Source: Candidatus Jordarchaeales archaeon (lineage in GTDB: Archaea > Asgardarchaeota > Jordiarchaeia > Jordiarchaeales > Freyrarchaeaceae). Taken from it: a stretch of DNA of 32,000 nt. The notes below the pieces were generated by a model that saw only the letters and a list, made by a program, of their open reading frames with translations, did no database searches and was not told where the DNA came from. The translations under genes and the position numbers were made by a program. This document shows positions 18,780-27,448 of the stretch, piece after piece (position 1 is the stretch's first letter; each line of letters starts with the position of its first letter). The stretch spans positions 150,001 to 182,000 of the forward strand of contig JAWAHN010000001.1 in assembly GCA_038889235.1 (NCBI GenBank). Reading direction: 5' to 3'.

Positions 18780-18814
18780 TTTATGAACTACTTCATAAAA
18801 GGATAATTTATCCT
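18780..18814. promoter_or_regulatory. Two abutting palindromes upstream of the corrinoid operon
   Basis: tttatgaa-ctac-ttcataaa (18780-18799) and aggataa-t-ttatcct (18800-18814), next to an AT-rich TATA-like tract. Confidence 0.6.
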
Positions 18815-18827
18815 AATAGGCACTTTT

Positions 18828-19436
18828 TTACCTTTCTTTAACCCTTATGAAAATTTTCTCTGTCGTCGAGTCCATGTCGGCGTTTATGCCCAAAGCGTCA
18901 AATATGCATTTCACTATGAGCTTCGTTATTACAAGTATTTCGGGAGGGGTCTGGAAAACGAAGTCCGCTGCACCCACTTTGGTCAGTGTTCCAGCCCCTG
19001 CGAAGTCCATCATCCAGAGGACGTCTTGAGCCTTCTTAACCGGGCTTTCGTCGTCTCTCCAGCGGTAGGCATACTCGAAGAGGCGGGCTGTGCTCTGGAT
19101 TGCCATCAAAAACTCTTCGTCTTTTTCAAGCTCGCTTGGGTCAACTTTTTCTTGAAGCTTTTTTACCAAAACCCTGTAAAGTTCCCTATCGATAACCGCA
19201 AACTGTCTTTCTTCAACTCCGTGAATGTGCAGGGCGAGTCTGCCTATGTCGCTGAAGTACTTCCTGTAGTCTCCTATCCCAGCTTTCTCGGTTGCCTTAA
19301 CCAAGTTGTGGTAGAGTTGGAGGGCCTCCCTAAAAACCTGGCTTACACTCTTCCCAGTCTTCTCTCTTAGATAATCGACTAGTTTAATGTCAAAGTCGTC
19401 CAGTGCAACAGTAATTCTATGAAAAATTTTAGGCAA
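18828..19436 (-). CDS. CopG/ribbon-helix-helix regulator with a C-terminal putative ligand-binding domain
   Basis: N-terminal RITVALDDFDIKLVDYLREKTGKSVSQVFREAL (RHH pattern) followed by an ~150-aa extension. It lies directly upstream of the operon. Confidence 0.7.
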   Translation of the reverse strand: MPKIFHRITVALDDFDIKLVDYLREKTGKSVSQVFREALQLYHNLVKATEKAGIGDYRKYFSDIGRLALHIHGVEERQFAVIDRELYRVLVKKLQEKVDPSELEKDEEFLMAIQSTARLFEYAYRWRDDESPVKKAQDVLWMMDFAGAGTLTKVGAADFVFQTPPEILVITKLIVKCIFDALGINADMDSTTEKIFIRVKER

Positions 19437-19463
19437 AAGTTTCCCTCCAAGTAGGCCGCATTC

Positions 19464-19483
19464 TTCCCGTTAGAAAACGGGAA
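19464..19483. promoter_or_regulatory. 8-bp inverted repeat upstream of the RHH regulator (operator or terminator)
   Basis: ttcccgtt-agaa-aacgggaa. Confidence 0.45.
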
Positions 19484-19603
19484 CAATACACTTTTTTACC
19501 TTTCTCGATTCCTTCACCTCTTGCGGTAAAATTGTAGGCGTTTATCTTAAAAGTAGCGCTGAGATCGCACGACACCTCTCTACTCCTTGAAAAAGCGCTC
19601 TTT

Positions 19604-20017
19604 TCACGGTATGAAGAGAGTTCTGACGCCGTATTTTGCTGCGACGCCCGCCTGTGCTCTGTCGCTGGTTACAAGTTCACCCAGCTTTTCAGCTAAGGCT
19701 ATGTAGAGAGAATCATAGATGGAGACAGTCTCTGCTAAGGAGATCGTATATGCTCTCTCCAGGTAATTAATCTCAGGCTCCAGTATTATGACACTTCCTT
19801 TCACGAGCTCCATTAACGCCTTGAACAGTAACTGTGCACGTGCTTCATCGATTGCTTTCACTACCTTAGCATGCTTCCATAGGACGTTGGAAACCTCTTT
19901 TACTAAGAGGTCCACTGAGTGGAGGGGGCTTCTAGTTTCCAGGAGGCTTCTCACGTTGGTCCATCCTTTTTCTTTAAGAAGGTACTTGGCTAGGGATGAG
20001 GCGTCAATGGCTATCAC
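19604..20017 (-). CDS. vapC: PIN-domain toxin
   Basis: IAIDASSLAKYLLKE, EVSNVLWK and SIYDSLYIALAE acidic PIN motifs. It overlaps the antitoxin stop. Confidence 0.9.
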   Translation of the reverse strand: MIAIDASSLAKYLLKEKGWTNVRSLLETRSPLHSVDLLVKEVSNVLWKHAKVVKAIDEARAQLLFKALMELVKGSVIILEPEINYLERAYTISLAETVSIYDSLYIALAEKLGELVTSDRAQAGVAAKYGVRTLFIP

Positions 20018-20234
20018 GGTCTTCCCTCAGAAGCTTAGCCACAGTTCCCTGCGGGAGCTCGGGTAAGTCTTCAATCATTTTGTCTATTTCTTTCAAAAGC
20101 CGCTTCTTTTCCAACTCTGCGACCTTAGCCTGCACAAACCTTCTGACCTCATCGCTCCAGTTGACTTCACTTTTAAAGGCATCCATTTTTTCCTTCAGCT
20201 TTCTCGGAATCCTGAAGGAAACTGTTACGCTCAA
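20004..20234 (-). CDS. vapB: RHH antitoxin
   Basis: MSVTVSFRIPRKLKEKMD...VNWSDEVRRFV, ending LLREDRD. TTG start with a GGGGTG RBS; 14-nt overlap with vapC. Confidence 0.85.
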   Translation of the reverse strand: MSVTVSFRIPRKLKEKMDAFKSEVNWSDEVRRFVQAKVAELEKKRLLKEIDKMIEDLPELPQGTVAKLLREDRDSH

Positions 20235-20260
20235 TAAAAACACCCCACGCTGAATACTCA

Positions 20261-20304
20261 TAATACAAAATTTGTAATACAAATAATAAGTTTTTTGTAT
20301 TACA
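20261..20304. promoter_or_regulatory. Probable vapBC operator (inverted and direct repeats)
   Basis: tgtaatacaaa (20273-20283) and tttgtattaca (20294-20304) form a perfect 11-bp inverted repeat. A third half-site, taatacaaa, lies at 20261-20269. Confidence 0.65.
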
Positions 20305-20400
20305 TTATACATAAGGTGGATGCGTCATTTTTATCGGGATGCTCACTCTAATAGCGGTGGTGAGGTTGCTTTTTCGTTGAAGGCTGTTTTGGAGAGTGGT

Positions 20401-20940
20401 GTGGTGACTGCCGGAGGAATTGTGATAGCGATTGATTATCTCAAGTGTAGTGGTTGTAGGCGCTGCGAGGTGGTTTGTTCTATTAGCCATGAGGGGCGAA
20501 TATGGCCTGAGGCGTCGAGAATAAGGGTTTTCGCTCCGTCCCCGGGAATTGAGGTTCCACATGTATGCGTTCAGTGCGATGAACACCCATGCGTGGACGG
20601 GTGCCCGGTCGGAGCACTGAGCGTAGACGGGGGGACAGGCGCTATAATTGTCGGCGAGGAGTGCATTGGTTGCGGGGGGTGCATAGAGGCGTGCCCGGGC
20701 TCGATACCGCACCTCCACCCAGTGACGCGGAAGGCGCTTATATGTGACCTCTGCGGAGGAGAACCCTTGTGCGTGAAGGCTTGCAGCGAGGGTGGATGGA
20801 ACGCCTTAAAGATCATTCGAAGAGAGGAAAGAGCTAGGTATGGTGTACAACCCCGAAAACCCATGGAAGTAGCCGAAGAGCTCGCCGCCAGGCTTTTCGG
20901 TGAAAAAGGAAGAAGGATTCTGCCAGACGCAAACTCCTAA
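20401..20940 (+). CDS. 4Fe-4S polyferredoxin small subunit of a WOR5-like oxidoreductase
   Basis: CSGCRRCEVVC, CVQCDEHPCVDGCP, CIGCGGCIEACP and CDLCGGEPLCVKAC. HEGRIWPEASRIRVF matches my recollection of Pyrococcus WOR5-S. The start is uncertain (GTG 20401 or 20422). Confidence 0.85.
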   Translation: MVTAGGIVIAIDYLKCSGCRRCEVVCSISHEGRIWPEASRIRVFAPSPGIEVPHVCVQCDEHPCVDGCPVGALSVDGGTGAIIVGEECIGCGGCIEACPGSIPHLHPVTRKALICDLCGGEPLCVKACSEGGWNALKIIRREERARYGVQPRKPMEVAEELAARLFGEKGRRILPDANS

Positions 20941-20952
20941 ACTTATCTCCAC

Positions 20953-20967
20953 CCGGGTGAAACCCGG
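20953..20967 (+). terminator. Short GC-rich hairpin after the ferredoxin-subunit stop
   Basis: ccggg-tgaaa-cccgg. Confidence 0.3.
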
Positions 20968-21351
20968 TAGAGTGATGTTTTCCGAGGCGAGGCGTGATTG
21001 CCGTTTTAAGCTGCCAGCCTTCTCTTCTCTAGCTTCACTTCTAAGGGGTTACTTAACTCTCTTCACAAATCATTCACTATGCCTCCAAAATATCATGCTT
21101 GTGATAACGAAGCCCCGGAGGAGCGGAGCCCTACAGTTTTTCACAATTATAGGCGAGGGCTCGAATATGAACATAGTGTGCTGGCGTGCGGCTTTCGGCA
21201 AATTCAATCTGAGCTCATGGGTAAGCTTCGCACGTAAGGAGCCATGTCAACATCGCCATATAGCATGGTATCTTTTGCGTGAGTTTCAAAAACACTGCTA
21301 AAATTCAAATTACTCACATTTTGGTGTGTTGTGTGATGTTTCTTTTAGTGG

Positions 21352-23223
21352 TTAGAGTATTCCTGTTTTTGCTAGTTTTTCTTCCACGTTTTTTAGTCCC
21401 AGTTTTCTCAGCGTTTCTCTTTTCGGGATTCCGTGCTCGTTCCATCCCAGAGCTTCATAGTACTCCTTTCTCTTTTGGTTGAATGCCTCTGTTAGTGTTT
21501 TTCCTTTGTGTGGTCCTGATGGTAGGGGTTGGTTGAATCTTGGGGGGTTTGTGTCGTCTTTTTCCGTCCACTTGGCGTCTGGTCCTCCTAGTAGGAGGGC
21601 TGCCCGCTGTATGTGTATTATTCTGAGGGCTTTTTCGTTGCACCATTCTTCTGGGGTTAGCTTCCACCCTGTTACTGCCTCATAGAACTGGAATATTTCC
21701 TGTTGTGATATTGGAAACGTGTTGAAGGAGCAGTAGACTGCTGAATCGTGGAATATGGATAAGGGTTCGCCGAACCTGTGGTTTAGGGGGAGGCGGGCGA
21801 CCGATGTATGGTCTCCGCACTGGACTGAGCAGGCGTATGATATTTCCTCCACTAGGAAGTCTGCTCCGCTTCTTACTCCATGTGCTCCGACGGCGACTCC
21901 CTTAACTTGGACGGCGTACTCTAGCACTTCTTCGGGTTTGAGTTTTTTGATTTCGCTTATCTTTATGGCTGCCCTGTATGTTCCTTCTGCAAGCACATCT
22001 CCTATGCCTTCCCTGTAGGCGGTCATTCTTGCCAGCTTGGCGAAGGCTTTCGTGTCACCCCACTTGAGCTCGAAACCCAGGTCTTCTTTTCCAATTATTC
22101 CTTTTTCGAATAGTTCGGCTGCAAAGCCGAGCACGTTGCCGGCCTGTATGGCGCACAGGCCAAGCTCGTTCATGAGGTATGAAAGGAATATGTTGTCTCT
22201 CGGGGAGAATATTCCGAGGTTTGTACCGTTATAGGCTTGGTGCTCGTAGTCTGGAGGGTCGCATATTGCTCCTTCGAATTCCCCCTCACGTATGAAGGAT
22301 ATTTTCATGCACGTGGTTGGGCAGTTGAAGTCCCCCCAGTATGGTTTAACCCAGTACTTCGAAAACTCTTCGACCGAGTAACCTTTATCGTCATGCCACT
22401 CCTCTTGCCAGTTCCTTATGGGCTCAGCACTCATCAACGCTCCGACGTTGTATCCCCCGCTCGCCGTCCCGCTCCTCCTGAAGCCAGCGTTCTGGTAACA
22501 ATCTCTGCAAATGGACTCCATGAGCTCAACAACCCTCTTCATGTCTGCCGGCTCCGGAAGAGGACCTGTCCCCTTCACCACTATGGCTTTAAGGTTCTTT
22601 GAACCCATGACCGCGCCGTAGCCACCGTATCCCGCAGCGTGGCTTCTCTTCTCCATGACGCAGGCAAACCTGACGCGCCTCTCACCAGCTGGACCTATGT
22701 AGAGGACTGCAGGCTCCTTTAGCTCCCCGAGCTCCGGGTGGACCCCTTTAACTAGGCGACTTCCTTCCTTCACAAGCGTTCTAAGGGTTTCAGTTCCATC
22801 CATCCCCCAGACGTGTCCAGCGTCTTTGATTTCTACATGGTCGTCGCAGATGAACACATAAGACGGCTTCTCGGCAACCCCAGTAATTATCATACCATCG
22901 TAGCCTGCACACTTGAGCTCCACTCCGGCTTCGCCAGAAACAGTCGACCCTATTATGCCGTTGCTCAGCGGAGACTTCCCGGAAACACAAAGCTTCGAGC
23001 CGGGAAAGTAACCTGTCAGGGGGCCTGTGAGAACCGTGAGAATGTTCTCTGGGCCTAATGGGTCGACTTCCTCCCAACGTGACCCAAGCCTGTCCCAGAG
23101 GATCTTAGCTGCAAGCCCCCTGCCGCCTATGTATTCCCTCAGAACAGACTCTTCAAGCCTAACTTCTTTGACCCCGCCGCTCTCCAAGTCGACCTCTAAA
23201 ATTTTACCAGCATACCCTCTCAA
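21352..23223 (-). CDS. Tungsten aldehyde:ferredoxin oxidoreductase family, WOR5-like large subunit
   Basis: GGRGLAAKILW, HAAGYGGYGAVMGSKNLKA, EPIRNWQEE, AHGVRSG and GDHTS. The WOR5 subfamily call rests on recalled similarity to Pyrococcus furiosus WOR5. The start is placed at TTG 23223 (GGTG RBS). Confidence 0.88.
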   Translation of the reverse strand: MRGYAGKILEVDLESGGVKEVRLEESVLREYIGGRGLAAKILWDRLGSRWEEVDPLGPENILTVLTGPLTGYFPGSKLCVSGKSPLSNGIIGSTVSGEAGVELKCAGYDGMIITGVAEKPSYVFICDDHVEIKDAGHVWGMDGTETLRTLVKEGSRLVKGVHPELGELKEPAVLYIGPAGERRVRFACVMEKRSHAAGYGGYGAVMGSKNLKAIVVKGTGPLPEPADMKRVVELMESICRDCYQNAGFRRSGTASGGYNVGALMSAEPIRNWQEEWHDDKGYSVEEFSKYWVKPYWGDFNCPTTCMKISFIREGEFEGAICDPPDYEHQAYNGTNLGIFSPRDNIFLSYLMNELGLCAIQAGNVLGFAAELFEKGIIGKEDLGFELKWGDTKAFAKLARMTAYREGIGDVLAEGTYRAAIKISEIKKLKPEEVLEYAVQVKGVAVGAHGVRSGADFLVEEISYACSVQCGDHTSVARLPLNHRFGEPLSIFHDSAVYCSFNTFPISQQEIFQFYEAVTGWKLTPEEWCNEKALRIIHIQRAALLLGGPDAKWTEKDDTNPPRFNQPLPSGPHKGKTLTEAFNQKRKEYYEALGWNEHGIPKRETLRKLGLKNVEEKLAKTGIL

Positions 23224-23359
23224 CTCGAAACACCAAGCAGAAGTTAGAAACAACACCCTAGAAGAAATTTTCCTCGCCTGCGAAAGATCGGTCAGATCCA
23301 GGTAGCGCCCTACAAGCAAGATCTAGGGCCCGGGGTAGCCTGACGGGGCTTAGGAAGGT

Positions 23360-24313
23360 TCAACTAGTTAGCTTGGGCGGCGTTATGTCCCCCGTGGCTT
23401 TGAGCACCCACACCCCCTTCTTTTTAGCTTCCTCGATAGCTTCGTAAGGTATCCAAGACGTGTAAATCAAGAGAATCTTTCTCGGCCTAATCTTTTCAGG
23501 GTACTTTCTTTCCAAGAATGCAGCTTTTCTGACAACTTCATCCACCAACTTAACCCCAGCCCTAACAGACACCTCACCTATAACGCACAAGCCATCAGAA
23601 ACACCGTAAATGTTTATTTCGCCATCAGGAAGCATGAGCGGCCCCACCTCAATGTCATAACCCATCTCACGCAGCCTCCACTTTACAACAGATCTAGCCT
23701 CCTCCTCTATGTCCAATGTAAGCTTGTCAAGAGTGGCTTCCATCCTAGTTAGGCGCTCGTCCATACGAAACTGAATCTCCTCTAATCTCTCAATACGCGC
23801 AAGCATCTTATTAAAGTCCTCCCTAAGACGCAACAATTCCTCTTCAAGCCTAGCCTGCCGCTCCTCAAGCCTAGCCTGGCTCTCGCTCAACCTAGCCAGA
23901 GCAGCCTCAAGCCTAGCCTGAGCCTCTTCAAGCCTAGCCTGCCGCTCCTCAAGCCTAGCCTGGCTCTCGCTCAACCTAGCCAGAGCAGCCTCAAGCCTAG
24001 CCTGAGCCTCTTCAAGCCTAGCCTGCCGCTCCTCAAGCCTAGCCTGGCTCTCGCTCAACCTAGCCAGAGCAGCCTCAAGCCTAGCCTGTCCCTCGCTTAG
24101 TTTGGTTAGGGCTTCTCTGAAAGAGACGTGTTCTTCGGCGAGTTTGGCCTGTGTTTTTTCGAGACTTTCTAGTCTTTCGAGTATTTTTATCTGAGTTTGG
24201 TGATGCTGATCTAGCCGTTTTACTATTTCGTCTAGCCCGAGGAGGCCTAGTACCGCATACCTGAACTCTTTGTCTTTTTCCAGTAAGATGAGGAACTCTT
24301 CTTTGACCCCCAA
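23360..24313 (-). CDS. Coiled-coil repeat protein with a C-terminal PD-(D/E)xK-like domain (DUF3782/DUF1626-like)
   Basis: N-terminal LLEKDKEFRYAVLGLLGL, heptad QARLEE repeats, and C-terminal EINIYG...CVIGEVS...LLIYTSW. Confidence 0.75.
   Translation of the reverse strand: MGVKEEFLILLEKDKEFRYAVLGLLGLDEIVKRLDQHHQTQIKILERLESLEKTQAKLAEEHVSFREALTKLSEGQARLEAALARLSESQARLEERQARLEEAQARLEAALARLSESQARLEERQARLEEAQARLEAALARLSESQARLEERQARLEEELLRLREDFNKMLARIERLEEIQFRMDERLTRMEATLDKLTLDIEEEARSVVKWRLREMGYDIEVGPLMLPDGEINIYGVSDGLCVIGEVSVRAGVKLVDEVVRKAAFLERKYPEKIRPRKILLIYTSWIPYEAIEEAKKKGVWVLKATGDITPPKLTS
23839..24088. repeat. Perfect 84-bp x ~3 in-frame tandem repeat built from 21-bp subunits
   Basis: Units start at 23841, 23925 and 24009. 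Each encodes the 28-aa QARLEAALARLSESQARLEERQARLEEA. Confidence 0.95.
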
Positions 24314-24628
24314 GATTTACGTCTTCCCCTATGTGCTCTTGGGTGAAAATTTGCAGTTTTATGGTTATAAATGTGATTCGTGTTTTGTGTTTTCTGCTTG
24401 TCTTTCCTCTTTTCACCTTTCGCCTGTTTTCGGATAAAATGTACTGTTCTGTTTCCGCGTCGATTGCCGCCGTTGACGTCTCTGTCGTTGCTTTTGGCTT
24501 TGAAGAGTTTTGTTTTAGTTAGCTTTTTCTTGGGTGTTTTTGTATGACTTGGCTGCCGAAGGGGGTTTGCTTTTCTTGGGGGAAGTTTTTTAGTTGCGTT
24601 TTTCCTCTTATTGTTAAGGGGTGGTTTT

Positions 24629-25630
24629 TTGCGGTGCCTTGTTACTGCTGCGTTTCACGAGGATGGCTTGATGATTTTAAGGGAGCTTATGGAGGTGGAG
24701 TATAGGAGTTGGAGGGAAACTGGGAAGATTTACCTGGACGGAGGGGAGTTTGCTTCGCTTATCAGTGAAGTTGGAGCGGATGTTCTCGTGGTCGAGTCGG
24801 ACTTCGTTACCAGTGACGTCGTTGAAAGGTGCGACTTGAAGATTATTGCGTCGTGTAGGGATGACCCTTATAACGTTGATGTTAAGGCTGCGACGGCTAG
24901 GGGTATCCCCGTGGTATATGCTCCCAGGAGGAACACTGTCGCTGTGGCTGAGCTCACCATAGCCCTTATGCTGGCAGCTATGAGGAGGGTGGTTAAGGTT
25001 GACAGGCTCCTTAAGTCTGGGAAGGTTAAGTATGCTAGTGCGAGGGACTTCATAGAGGTCTACAATGCCACGCTGGGTTTCGAGCTTGGTGGGAAGAAAG
25101 TTGGCATAGTTGGGCTTGGGGCCATAGGGTTTGAGGTTGCCAAGAGGCTTAAGGCATTCGACGTTGAAATACTGGTTTACGACCCATACGTCGACCCCGA
25201 AAGGGTTAGGATGGTTGGCGGGCGTGTCGTCAGTCTTGAGGAACTTTTTAGGGAGTCAGACGTCGTCACAGTCCACTGCAGACTGACACCGGAGACGGCT
25301 GGGATGATAAAGGAGAAACATTTTGCTTCAATGAAGCCGACTGCCTTCTTCGTCAACCTTGCTAGGGGTGGTATAGTGGACGAGGATGCGCTCTTCAGGG
25401 CCTTGAAAGAAGGGTGGATAGCTGGCGCAGCACTGGACGTCGTCCAACACGATCCGGCGCAGTCGGACAACAGGTTTCTAACGTTAGACAACGTGGTGCT
25501 AACACCCCACATAGGGGGGAACACGCACGAGACTATAAGAAGACAGAGCGTCATGGTTGCTGAGGACATCAAAAGGATACTGAGAGGGGAAAAGCCTAGA
25601 AACATACTCAACCCAGAGGTGCTAAAATGA
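24629..25630 (+). CDS. D-isomer-specific 2-hydroxyacid dehydrogenase (Bacillus YoaD-like)
   Basis: GIVGLGAIG Rossmann motif, VNLARG, LDV and TPHIGG. The N-terminus LVTAAFHEDGLMILRELMEVEYRSWRETG resembles YoaD as I recall it. Confidence 0.85.
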   Translation: MRCLVTAAFHEDGLMILRELMEVEYRSWRETGKIYLDGGEFASLISEVGADVLVVESDFVTSDVVERCDLKIIASCRDDPYNVDVKAATARGIPVVYAPRRNTVAVAELTIALMLAAMRRVVKVDRLLKSGKVKYASARDFIEVYNATLGFELGGKKVGIVGLGAIGFEVAKRLKAFDVEILVYDPYVDPERVRMVGGRVVSLEELFRESDVVTVHCRLTPETAGMIKEKHFASMKPTAFFVNLARGGIVDEDALFRALKEGWIAGAALDVVQHDPAQSDNRFLTLDNVVLTPHIGGNTHETIRRQSVMVAEDIKRILRGEKPRNILNPEVLK

Positions 25631-25926
25631 CCATGAAAAAAGGGGGGAGGATGACGCGAAACAGCATAATTTAACCCTTAAAGGCAGCATTCCTTCCAGC
25701 TTAACAGTGCGGGCTTGTGTGTCCGGGCGTCCAGCAGGCTTTAGCTCTCGAGGGGGGCCGCAAGGCAAAATTTCCATTGAAAGGCTCACACCAGAAGGCT
25801 AAAATTTACCGGCATGAAGCTTTCAAAAAACAATCCAATATCTTGTTTTTGCTGATGCTCGGTTTTAGAAAGGCTTTTCAGACGGTTTCCTCCTTTCTAG
25901 TCTATTTGCGAGGGAAGGTGGTTGTC

Positions 25927-27444
25927 TTGGGGGAGTTGTTAGCCGTATTAGATGTTGGAACTGGGTCGGCCAGGTTTGTGTTGGTGAACGATGTAGGCGA
26001 GTTCACTTACTTCTCTTCCTTCAAGATGAAGTACACTGCTTCGGAGGGACTGGCTGGTATTGGGTTTGAGTTTGACGCCGAGGAACTCTGGAGGAACCTA
26101 GCGCGTATGATTAGGGAGAGCGGGCGGGCCGGTGAGGTTGTCGGCTTAGGAGTTACAAGTCAGAGGTATGCTGCGGTATTTACGGACGAAGAGGGGCGTC
26201 CCCTCTACTCTGGTCCAAACCTTGACGGGAGGGGGGTGTTCGTCCAGCATGTTTTGATGGAGAGGTTTGGGAAGGATTTTCACAGAATAACCGGCCACTG
26301 GCCACCCCTGGTGTTCATGCCATCGAGAATTCTTTGGTTTAAAATGGTGAAGCCCGAGATCTACGCTAAGTTCGGCAAGTTTCTTAACCTGTGCGACTGG
26401 ATCACCTTCAAGTTCTGCGGAGAGTACGTGACAGACTTCTCTAACGCGTCAGAAACAATAATGTTCGACGTTTCAAGACGCGAGTGGTCGAGGGACGTGC
26501 TGAGGGAGCTAGGGGTCTCCGTTGACCAGTTGCCAAGGATTGTCGAAGCTGGAACCGTTGTAGGCGAAGTTACAGGGGAAGCTAGCAGGGAGACAGGCAT
26601 ACCTGAAGGAGTGGAGGTCGTTGCATGTGGAGGGGACACTCAATGCGCCGTCTTAGCGGCCAGAGGAATGGGCGACGGAGATGTTTGTGCCGTTACAGGA
26701 ACGACTACTCCTATCCAGATAGTGCTTTCTAAGCCTGTCATCGATCCCGAAGTGAGGGTTTGGACGAGCTGCCATGTGTTACCGGACAAATGGGTGCTTG
26801 AAAGCAATGCTGGCATCACCGGACGACTCGTCGAGTGGTTCAAGGACGGGATCGCGGAGAGCGAGGTGAGGGATGCTGAGAGGAGGGGGCTAAATCCTTA
26901 CGAGGAGCTTTTCAGGAAGGCTGAGGAAGCCCCTCCGGGGGCTGGCGGAATACTGGCGTCCATGGGGCCCCAGATAATGGACTACAGAGAGGGGGTCAAG
27001 ATTTTCCCGTCGACGCTGGCCTTCCCTCCACTGATAGTGGTTGACAAACCTGTAACTAAGGGCGAAATTTTCAGGGCCTTGCTTGAAAACATAGCCTTCG
27101 CTATCAGGGCGAACTGTGAGCAGCTTCGGGATGTCTCGGGAGTTGAGCTAAGGGAGTTGAAGGTTACTGGCGGGCTTGCTAGAAGCAACTTCTTCCTAAG
27201 GCTGGTTTCCGACGTGATGGGGCTTCCCGTGCGTAGTCCGGTGGAGAAGCAGGGGAGCGCTCTCGGATGCGCCATATGCGTCGCCAAAGGAGTGAGGTTT
27301 TACAAGACATTTGACGAAGCTGTCAGTGGAATGGTTAGGGAGGGAGGAGTTATTTTGCCGTCGCTAGAAAGGTATAAAGAGTACACGACGGTATACTCTA
27401 AGTGGAGGGAGTTTTACAGTAAGGTGGCCGGTTTGGGGGTTTAA
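25927..27444 (+). CDS. FGGY carbohydrate kinase (YoaC/LsrK-like)
   Basis: LDVGTGSAR, GVTSQR, SNASETIMFD, GGDTQ, TGTTTP and VTGGLARS. TTG start with a GGTGG RBS. Confidence 0.88.
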   Translation: MGELLAVLDVGTGSARFVLVNDVGEFTYFSSFKMKYTASEGLAGIGFEFDAEELWRNLARMIRESGRAGEVVGLGVTSQRYAAVFTDEEGRPLYSGPNLDGRGVFVQHVLMERFGKDFHRITGHWPPLVFMPSRILWFKMVKPEIYAKFGKFLNLCDWITFKFCGEYVTDFSNASETIMFDVSRREWSRDVLRELGVSVDQLPRIVEAGTVVGEVTGEASRETGIPEGVEVVACGGDTQCAVLAARGMGDGDVCAVTGTTTPIQIVLSKPVIDPEVRVWTSCHVLPDKWVLESNAGITGRLVEWFKDGIAESEVRDAERRGLNPYEELFRKAEEAPPGAGGILASMGPQIMDYREGVKIFPSTLAFPPLIVVDKPVTKGEIFRALLENIAFAIRANCEQLRDVSGVELRELKVTGGLARSNFFLRLVSDVMGLPVRSPVEKQGSALGCAICVAKGVRFYKTFDEAVSGMVREGGVILPSLERYKEYTTVYSKWREFYSKVAGLGV

Positions 27445-27448
27445 CGTT

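Noticed and set aside
20941-21351. ORF 20900-21301 and a possible small gene between the WOR5 subunits
   Set aside because: It overlaps the ferredoxin gene end and has no RBS, motif or coding-like composition.
21352-23223. Calling the W-enzyme GAPOR, FOR or classical AOR
   Set aside because: The motifs EPIRNWQEE and AHGVRSG and the partner small subunit fit WOR5 better.
23322-23370. tRNA-like words (GGGCCCGGGGTAGCC... and GGTTCAA)
   Set aside because: Too short, no cloverleaf can be built, and the GGTTCAA overlaps the stop of the coiled-coil gene.
23839-24088. Repeat array as a possible CRISPR
   Set aside because: There are no unique spacers; it is an in-frame coding tandem repeat.
24314-24628. 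Reverse-strand protein-like stretch (IDAETEQYILSENRRKVKRGK) in the intergenic region
   Set aside because: Short, low-complexity and A-rich, with no start context; it cannot be told apart from skew-generated noise.
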